Assembly (NCBI GenBank): GCA_003344405.1
Contig: NOWV01000276.1
Coordinates: 49,622-69,621, forward strand
Source: Trichoplax sp. H2
Lineage: Eukaryota
Direction: 5' to 3'
DNA length: 20,000 nt
Positions 1-8,814 of this stretch are shown one piece after another; position 1 is the stretch's first letter; each line of letters starts with the position of its first letter. The notes beneath the pieces are model-generated. The model was not told the origin of the DNA. It made no database searches and saw only the letters and a program-made list of their open reading frames with translations. The translations under genes and the position numbers were made by a program.

Positions 1-1887
1 ATATCTCCATTTTTGGAATAAAAGATTACAGAAAAAATGAAATATATAAATTAAACGTTTAAAAAGAACAAATATTTTCACATTTGACTTCCCTAATTTA
101 ATGTACATAAACGGTAGATAAATTGAATATCTAATTTGTAATTATAAATTGATGATCCAATGCTAAGCAATTATCTTACTAATGTTATTTCAAATCAGGA
201 TTATTAATAATTTTATACCAGAATAATGTATTAAATAATATATCATTAATTAAAACTCGATGTTTACTATAGTTTTCATTCAGCTAGCAAAAATCTTTTT
301 TAGGCAAATGAATTAAATAATTTTAAGATCCTGTGCTGTTAAATATTTATTTTTTTCCTAAATTATAAATAGTAAAGGCATAAATAGAGATCATTACTGC
401 AAGATTTAATTATGAAACATTCGAAAGTGCTAAATCATGCTTATATTAGGCTGCTATGCTAATTTATGCTAGTTGCCCAATCTCTTAAAGGTATACTACG
501 AGAATATGTAGTCAGGATTGGTGTTTGATAAATAAGTATTATCACCAATTCCTGTTGTCCGCTCTTACCAATAATTACATTGAAATGATATCATTCAGTC
601 ATTAATCAGCCAATTAAAAGAATGAAGCCGAAAATTCAGAAATACCTTTGATATTAAGATATAACTAATAACGATATTTTAATCTGACACTTCTACTATA
701 TTTTAGATGTGTGCTAAAGCAGCACCCATATTGCTTCTTACTAGCTTAAACAAGCAGGATTTCCATGATTATTTCAGAAGTTAACGAAAGTAATATGATT
801 TTCAGGTATACCGGAAGCGAATATACATATTTCATGTCAATTTAAATTCTATACAGGACATAAGGAATTGGGCTATGTTGATTCTCATAAAAAGCATCAC
901 TATTAACGGGTTATTAGCACAATAACGAGTATATAATAAGTTCTCTTTGTCAATAATATTCATTAGGAAGACGTTTAATTTTTTAACTTGTTTTTCATAA
1001 ACAAAATACAATTTTCTCTCTATGTAATCCCAGTTATTAGCAACGATATGACCACTATTTTAACTTTGATAATATCACATAGCACTTTTTGAATAAAAAT
1101 TTAAATTTGTAACTTTGCCTTGATATGCAGCTATTCGTGTCAAAAGATTTTGTATTCATGTCAGCAAATTATAATGCATGCGATATACATTGATTATGTA
1201 CTGTACTAGATATTACATAAAGATTTGTCTTAATGACTGTTTTCTAAAATCAATCAAGAAAATGTGCAAGTATTATAGCACACTAAGTGCTCTATGAATT
1301 CTCGGAAACGTACTACGGAAAACAATAGCAATGATATTTTCCACGTATTGAAGAGTTAGTCGATAATAGATCTCTATTATTTTATAGTATTGCGAAATGT
1401 TTATCACAAATCACGAATTAGCACTGTATTTCATAATTTAAATAATTCTAATCCGTGCATTAAATAGAACTACGGAATAAAAGATGAGAATGAAGAGCAC
1501 AAGAATGGCGATTGATATATTTTATTCATAATTAATTATTTATTGCCAATTTGTTAGCAAGTGCAAAAATCAAATTTTTAACAAAGGTGTAAAATTCAAT
1601 TTCATTTTAATCATTTTATAAACAGATTTACAAAACAGCTGACTATCTGTACGATTACGGTCGCGTATTTCCGTTAGCTTTTGTTACGGCAAATTGGATA
1701 AACTAATCGTATTAAAATAGGCAATATATTTTAAGTAGGTAATATCATTCATGACCATATTCCAATGTAGAGTAGTGATACTATAATGTAAGAGTTAAAA
1801 CTATTATGTTACTTTTTACAAAGTTAGCTATGATACCAATATGATATAGTTAAAAATTATAACTCAACCGAATGAGTTTTTATTAAT

Positions 1888-2329
1888 TGTCACAAACCAG
1901 CTTCGTGACAAGGATAACGTAAAACAAATCTCTAGATTACTATAGTCTCCGGGATTAAGTATCCCTTTACTACCTCACAAGAATTTAGACGCCTTTGCTT
2001 CTACGTTAAACTCAACTAGACAATTGAGAACTACTTTATTCAACTATCTGACGGGCTTATATACCCTTCTACAGCAGCTAACATTCACGAGTTATCTTTA
2101 AAAATACTTAGGTGAGAACATCTATCTAACTAATTTTTCACAGTTAGACTACAATATGTCCGTTCATAGAATCATTTCAGTGCACATTACAGCACAGCAT
2201 TAAATTTACTGAAACATATTTATAATTAGAGTAATTCCTATTGTATGTAACTAGTTGTAATATAATTTCACTATATTATATTAACCAAATTTAGATATCT
2301 ATTTCTTCACGGTATTTCGTACCGTGACA
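1888..2329 (-). mobile_element. Solo-LTR-like element (442 bp) with 5-bp target-site duplication
   Basis: Starts TGTCAC (1888-1893) and ends GTGACA (2324-2329), i.e. TG...CA ends with a 6-bp terminal inverted repeat. Flanked by TTAAT at 1883-1887 and 2330-2334. A related terminus recurs at 6271. No ORF. Orientation is tentative, from minus-strand TATATAA (2057-2063) followed by AATAAA (2035-2040). Confidence 0.72.
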
Positions 2330-2489
2330 TTAATGTACTGCCTTCTATAATCCATAAAACAGGCGAAGAAATTAAGAAATAGCGCGTAATATTATCGTTA
2401 TATTCGGAGTAATATCTATGTATAACTAGGAAATATTATGACCAGGCATATCGACGAATATTATAAGCGAATTTACCCTTTAATATTCT

Positions 2490-2495
2490 TTTATT
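2490..2495 (-). terminator. Candidate polyadenylation signal of the GPCR gene
   Basis: AATAAA on the minus strand about 58 nt after the stop codon. The hexamer is common in AT-rich DNA, so support is positional only. Confidence 0.3.
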
Positions 2496-2552
2496 ACGTA
2501 CCGTTTGCCTCCTACGGATAGATACTAAATGTATTTGATTCCATTTAGGCAG

Positions 2553-3521
2553 TTACCTAGGCTTTACGATAAATAAAGCCGTTCTTTTTAATAATAATCG
2601 ATGAATTTCACCGCGATAATGCGCCGTTAAACAAGCATAAAGTATTGGATTCACTGCTGGATAAGAAAATGCAAAGTATTGGCTTAAAATAGCTGCTACT
2701 GTCATAGAAAATGAAGATCCTGAGGTATTCATTAGTGATAAAATAATATATGGCAACCAGAAGATAATAAATAAGCCAACCATGATGGCCATATGTTTAA
2801 CAACCTTAGTATTGATTCTTCTCATAAAAATGGCAGTCTGTGCATCACCCGATGGAATCATTTGTTGTCTTAGGTTGCGGTGATTTATTTTACATAAGAT
2901 ATAAGAAAAAAGGAGCAGTACAATGATTAGGGGAATCAAAAAGAATAAACCAAATACAATAAGAATATACACAAAATGGGATAAAAAGCGAGAAGGATAT
3001 AGGTTGATGCATTCTTCATTTAATGGATACATAAAAGTGTAAAGTGGGATAACGACGCAAAGTAAACTAATTAGCCAAATAGCAGCAACGGATAAAACTA
3101 CTATAATATTAGCACGATATCCATTATAATATTGCGGATAGAAATAATAAAAGTAACGATCAACGTTAATGATAGTCCAATGAAAATTAAATGAGATAAT
3201 TAAGGCAGGACCAGCTAGTCTCAGGATTGTGCAGATAAAAGCATTGTTAACCCAATAAGTTCCAAGGACTCTGTAAGGCAGCAAGTACAGCAGAGCAAAC
3301 AAAATACCAGTAAAGAACATGCTAGCCTTCATCCAACCGGATTTACAATGAAATTTTTTTTTAAAGATAATTAGCGACAACATACATAAGTTCGTTGCTA
3401 TCGTAAGGCAAAAAATGAATACATAAATAACTACATTCAATTTTAAATAAATGTTGATGAGATTGGATAAATAGTCCGCGGTTAAACTTTCTGTTTGTTG
3501 GGTGGTTACTGATTTATCCAT
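2553..3521 (-). CDS. Intronless class A (rhodopsin-like, 7tm_1) orphan GPCR, 322 aa
   Basis: Seven hydrophobic segments with family landmarks: TM1 N (ATNL), TM3 Cys exactly 25 residues before the R of DRY, TM4 W (AIWLIS), ECL2 Cys (EECI), TM5 P (FLIP), TM6 FWLPY, TM7 NPILY and a helix-8-like YRGEIHRLL. The start codon is in a strong Kozak context (ACCGCCATGG). Confidence 0.95.
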   Translation of the reverse strand: MDKSVTTQQTESLTADYLSNLINIYLKLNVVIYVFIFCLTIATNLCMLSLIIFKKKFHCKSGWMKASMFFTGILFALLYLLPYRVLGTYWVNNAFICTILRLAGPALIISFNFHWTIINVDRYFYYFYPQYYNGYRANIIVVLSVAAIWLISLLCVVIPLYTFMYPLNEECINLYPSRFLSHFVYILIVFGLFFLIPLIIVLLLFSYILCKINHRNLRQQMIPSGDAQTAIFMRRINTKVVKHMAIMVGLFIIFWLPYIILSLMNTSGSSFSMTVAAILSQYFAFSYPAVNPILYACLTAHYRGEIHRLLLKRTALFIVKPR

Positions 3522-3590
3522 GGCGGTAATTTATAGTCGATACGCTATCTGATTTTGACAGCTTTCTTCAGCTTTCCTATATATGTATAT
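3522..3590 (-). promoter_or_regulatory. Putative core promoter/5' UTR of the GPCR gene
   Basis: TATATA at 3578-3583, about 56 nt upstream of the ATG, plus the consensus-like ACCGCC immediately before the ATG in otherwise AT-rich DNA. Confidence 0.3.
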
Positions 3591-6270
3591 CATAAATAAA
3601 ATGCAGAAATCGTTTATTATTAATGTAATAATATCTAGAGGTTGCTTAGTAAAGACTGAACAGCGATATTTGCAACTGAAAAATCTGTGCTACTGTAGAA
3701 AAAATTTGAAACTTTTATGCGCAATCACTTGAAGCTCCAACATTAACTCAAATTCGAAATATTCTGCAACTACGACCAATGCAGTACCCGTAGCACTCTT
3801 TCTTAAAAATAATGCAAGCTTAGCAAAATCTAAAGTAATCATAACCATTACAGGTATATTGAATCTTAGGAAACAATGCAAAGACTGTCAGGACTAGAAA
3901 CACCTTATTTACTACATTAATACTTCGTATAAATATTAAGTTTGATCTACTATTTGATTCAATAATTTTCTCAAATAAACTGCAGACAGTTTATTTATTA
4001 ATTGATACTGTGGCAATTCCTAAAGATAGAGTAAAAATGTTAAATTTCCTGCACTAGAAACTAATACTCCTCTTCGATAATATCTAATATATACAGTAAA
4101 ACAAACTTTAATGCTTACGTAAGCATAAATATAACGTAGAAATCAAATATTTTATGAGCTACATTAAAATGATAGTGAAAATCTACTGCTATAACAAAAT
4201 ATCCGTAAAAATTAATTCATGCATCAAAAATTGCTGGCCGATTTTCTGATATTATTAGGTTTACAAAAAGTCGTCTGGGTTGACAGAGTAGAATTAAATA
4301 ATTGTATTACCTAAGGCAGTCCCATCGAATTGGTAACGTTTTCTTATTATAATATACCGTAGACATTAAAGAAATATTTAAAGTTGATTTAACTCAGAAA
4401 TATACCTTAATTTTTTGTACGATGATAACAATATAACTTAGCCCCTTCTACTAAATTGGTGAGAGATCTGGCGAAAAGGTTTTCTCTGATCTAATTTTGT
4501 ACTAGGCCTAACTAAGTCATATAATAAAATTCCACGAAATAAAATATAGTAATAAAGCAGAATTAATGAGATTAAGCTTCATAAGTATGTACAATGTTAG
4601 TATGTGATCGAAAATTATCTTTCACGATAAATATAATCTAGCATAAGATTGAGATTAGAAAAGAAATATCATACAGCATCATTATTAGATTGCAAAGGTT
4701 GTTAAAAGATAAGTCATAAAGCTGAAGATTGACTTTTAGAATTCTCTTTTTTTAAACTTTTTAATGATTTAATTACCTTTGATATCAACTGCTAAAAAGA
4801 TATTGTTTTCTTACGGCTAGTAAAAGCCGTTCAGGTAGAGGGTGAGATAGACATATAATTATATATTGGCAAATCGTCACTGTTTATAATCGAAAGGATC
4901 TGTAAAGTTTAACTATAACAGATAGCATAACTATGATGAATAAGGTCTGAAAGTAATAAGAATATATAATTCAATAATTTAATCTGCCACATTAAATGGT
5001 AATAATGGTAATGATGTACATGTTTGTAGAGTAGTATTATTTTCCAAGCTACTTAAAACAATGATAGGAGATATACTTTTTTCGATATTAAATTAACCTA
5101 TAAGCTATCAATGTGTCATAGTCTAAAGAATTTCGGCCAATGTGAAAAAGTTCATATTATTTTCAATTTACGTATTGATCATGTGATTTCAACATGATCT
5201 AAAAAGATCAGCAAGACCAGAGGACAATTAAATCTCCTTCAATGCTGTCCATAAATTTTCTTGACCTCTTTACAGCTTATTGCCGGATTTTACGTACTAG
5301 TAATAGAAATAAACTAAGAATTATTTCTTAATATTTCATCAATCAAATCGCGGAAAGAATATGGCAAAATCAACGATCGTGTCCTTAAATTAGAAATGAT
5401 TTGCACAATTATAAATCTTGGAATCCAGTATAATCTATCAATCTATTAAGATTTTAGAATTTGTACTTTACAGCTAACCCAGTCAGACTATTGAAATATC
5501 ATGGTCTAAGTAATGATGTGAAAATATCGAGTCGAATCATTTTCTACTCATGATATAATTGCATGATTTACCATGATTAACCCTTTGATAGTACCCACCC
5601 TATCTCTTTTAAAGCTTTTAGCAAGCTTTTGTGTACGAATCATAATTTTAAAAGCTAAAATCTCCTTATCGGATCCGTTAAGCGAGCATTAGAGATAGAA
5701 TGAAATGCTTTCTATTTAACTTTCATTAACTGCCTATCGTAAATCTAACCTTGGAAGATTATAAACATTTAATAAAATATTTGCTATACTATTCTTACTT
5801 TGATCTGCGCATAGAATACTTTCTAGAGGAAATTTGTAATTTTATTTAGATTATTAACAAATCTTGCTCGGCCACACACCGTTTCATAAAACTTAGCAGC
5901 TAACTTTACTACTTTCTGAAGGCTGATCAAAATGCAAATGATTATATTGAATAACATAGCAGAAATTGCTACTTTACATATGGATTATTGATTAATCGCT
6001 ATTTTCTCCTAGTTTCACCACTCGATTTTAATACTTAATGCTTAAAGTTTGCAGTTACAAAAGCTGACATTTCTAAAAATTTAATCACAATTGACATGCA
6101 ATCATGCTGTCGTGTTGGGCTTCAAGCATTTACTACTGTTAATCCAAGATCTCGAAAGTCGGCGGTGTCAGCTTTAAGTCCTGGAAATACCACTACATTA
6201 AAACTAATGAATCCGTGCACAATGCTTTACTTACATTTTATAACCATTACTTTGTTACAGTCTTTGATGT

Positions 6271-6382
6271 TGTCACAAAACAGCTTTGCAACAAGATAAC
6301 GTAATCTACGATCAATAAGTCAATTCCTTGAACTACGTATCAAGGAATGATATCTGCACTATCACGAGCACTTTTGCTCTAC
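6271..6382. mobile_element. Truncated terminus of an LTR-like element related to 1888-2329, running into the gap
   Basis: TGTCACAAAACAGCTTTGCAACAAGATAACGTAA matches TGTCACAAACCAGCTTCGTGACAAGGATAACGTAA at 1888. There is further similarity about 110 nt in (TTTGCTCTAC vs TTTGCTTCTAC). It begins exactly where the two duplicated copies diverge. Confidence 0.68.
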
Positions 6383-6402
6383 NNNNNNNNNNNNNNNNNN
6401 NN
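6383..6402. other. Assembly gap (20 N)
   Basis: Run of N. Confidence 0.99.
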
Positions 6403-6514
6403 TAGTTTCACCACTCGATTTTAATACTTAATGCTTAAAGTTTGCAGTTACAAAAGCTGACATTTCTAAAAATTTAATCACAATTGACATGCAATCATGC
6501 TGTCGTGTTGGGCT

Positions 6515-7110
6515 TCAAGCATTTACTACTGTTAATCCAAGATCTCGAAAGTCGGCGGTGTCAGCTTTAAGTCCTGGAAATACCACTATATTAAAACTAA
6601 TGAATCCGTGCACAATGCTTTACTTACATTTTGTAACCATTACTTTGTTACAGTCTTTGATGTTGATAGCAGATATTCTTAAATTAGAAACTAAATCCGC
6701 ACATAGATGCTGCACCGTAAGTTAGTAATCATAACTACGCGCATGTTGTTCTTCTAGTTGATATCGGGTATCTGTAATTCTGAGACCGTTATCCTTCGGA
6801 TCAAGTAAAAATCCATAAATTTAAAGCTTTTTGCTAGCTTTTAATGATAATCGTAGATTATAGTACATAAGTCATAATAGTATGATTTATTCCTAAGAGC
6901 CAGAACATTTCCTGTGCTATATCGACTTATTTTATAACTCTTAAGATTTCATATTGGAACAGATTCCATCAAGGAATTCATACAGTACTGTACCTTTAGT
7001 CCATCATCAGATTCCAAAAAGATGTACAATTCGCTGGCATTTTCATAGCTTGAGCTACATATTATACGCGATAGCGTTTCTCGCTCTTGTCATTTATGGC
7101 ATAGATTTGC
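6515..7110 (-). pseudogene. Possible decayed FN3-domain-containing gene fragment
   Basis: Manual translation of 6817->6629 gives YGFLLDPKDNGLRITDTRYQLEEQHARSYDY*LTVQHLCADLVSNLRISAINIKDCNKVMVTK, which resembles the FN3 pattern (PxDNGxxITxYxLE...TVxxL...RIxAxN). By-eye recognition only. Confidence 0.3.
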
Positions 7111-7819
7111 AAGAAACTCTGGTGGAAGTATAATAATTCGGTATACTAGTATTTTCAGTCGCTAATAAGTGAGCGATGCATGAGAACTCAATTTCTCGGC
7201 TGTAATCCACAGATAATTTTTCTCGCACTACGATTCCTGTACACTTCTTAAATTAAGCAATTGCAACTTTTATTTTATAATACACGTAATTAAATAGAAT
7301 CCTGAAGTGAATTCCGACCATATGCAGTTCAATTAATTATAAGAGCTTAGCACACCTTTCAATTTACAGTAAATTAACCGGCGATAGTTTGCATTTTATA
7401 TCACAAATCTACTAGCGTAGTATTAACTATAAGCCCTGCAAAACGATACATCAAACATAGTGTATAATCTTATCTGGACCATTCAATAAGTATGCATCAT
7501 TAACTAATCAGTAAATAGAATCAGTTGATTAGTAACATACTACCATGACAACATCATTGTTGAAAAAAGAATTTACGGTTTTTATAACCCTGATAGCCTT
7601 AATCAAAACTGGTTTGTAGTCTTTCTCTAAGTCATGCTTCACCCAATATCAGCAACAGTCTAAGACCACAGTCAGCTGTTAAAACTGTTGTTTCCAAAAA
7701 CATGTCAAATAATTAATCTAAACTAATTTCAGCTGTAAAATTTCAACCAATACTTCTGTAATTAAAATATTTCGATATTTCAAATTGTAGTCTACCAATT
7801 GCAACCTTCAGTTATAAAT

Positions 7820-8814
7820 TTACTCTTGTGGTAGACTATTATGGGCATCACTCATTAAAAATCTATAAATCTCTTTGAAAACCCTTATATGACAAGCAGG
7901 ATAAGTTATTGAATAAGCTATAGGATAAGAAAACGCCAAATATCTACAAAAACTTTTTATTGCCAACGTACGAGTATTTCTCGTAGGATAGCTGAATGTT
8001 ACCAATATCATCATTATGTATGGTAACCAAAGCAAAATGTAATTGCTGATAGCCAAGCCAGGACGTCTGAAAAGAGCTCTTAAGGTAATCCTTAGTAATG
8101 TATTCCAAATACTATCTCTTCCATATAAGTTCACGCAACCAAGACCAGAATGACGAAGATATTCAGCAAGCCGATAAGATACCAAAATTATCAGAGAGCA
8201 AATGAATGATACAATGATAGAAAGATCAGTCAAAATTGGGTGATTTAACTGAATGAAGAAGCACTGTTCTAGTACTGAAGTACTCATGTTCAATATTGGA
8301 AAGTATGTACTACAGCTAATTAACCAAATAGTAAATAAGGTAAAGGCTACCCGCTTTTTAGCAACAATATCTTGTCAGCCTATTGGATGATCTCGGTAAA
8401 AGTAAGTAATAATCCATTGTAAAAGTAGAGTAAGATGAATGGACATAATGAGACCATTACCAGTTAGATGAATAATCTTGCAAGTTGCAGCATCAAAACT
8501 TATCCAAGAAATACCAAAAAAAAATAAGGCAACAAATACAGGAGAGCGAACAATGTACCGGATATAAATATGCTCAGTGAACACGCAGTTATAGGATCTC
8601 TTGAAGCATGCCACCTTTCGTATGTGTATTGCATCAACACATTGGCATTGACTAATAGAATTATCATAGCTATGATAGCATAAGCGATGCTATTTTGTAC
8701 TATAAAGGGATCTACGCTAGCATTTAAGTATAATTGGTATGTGAAATCAGAAGTAAATTTAGAAGAAAGTGTCAGGCTGTCATTCTCGGTCTGTTTCAAG
8801 AAAGAAGCCACCAT
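7820..8814 (-). pseudogene. Disrupted paralog of the 2553-3521 GPCR
   Basis: Joining ORFs 8500..8907, 8375..8614 and 7820..8293 gives a collinear 7TM protein with shared blocks: GTLFALLYLLPY vs GILFALLYLLPY, IWLIS, WLPYI, YLAFSYP vs YFAFSYP, KEIYRFL vs GEIHRLL. Lesions are a frameshift at the A9 run (8516-8524), an in-frame TGA (8375-8377), no in-frame DRY, and NPxxY changed to YSITY. Likely start ATG at 8814 (or 8826). Confidence 0.88.

Larger units (their letters stand above)
6010..6665. repeat. 263-bp near-identical direct duplication across an assembly gap (6010-6272 vs 6403-6665), probably allelic haplotypes
   Basis: Offset 393 bp. Copy 2 begins exactly at the gap edge. Two substitutions seen: C6196/T6589 and A6240/G6633. 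Confidence 0.92.

Noticed and set aside
2553..3521. Assignment of the GPCR as an opsin or aminergic receptor
   Set aside because: Position 7.43 is F rather than K and 3.32 is G rather than D, so no specific gene symbol is supportable.
3690..3881. 63-aa minus-strand ORF upstream of the GPCR
   Set aside because: Non-ATG (TTG) start and no motif. The GPCR already has a complete N-terminus with a strong Kozak start.
6096..6725. Two near-identical small plus-strand ORFs (67 and 78 aa) resembling a duplicated peptide gene
   Set aside because: The identity is explained by the gap-flanking duplication, the C-termini differ only because of the insertion, and there is no recognisable domain.
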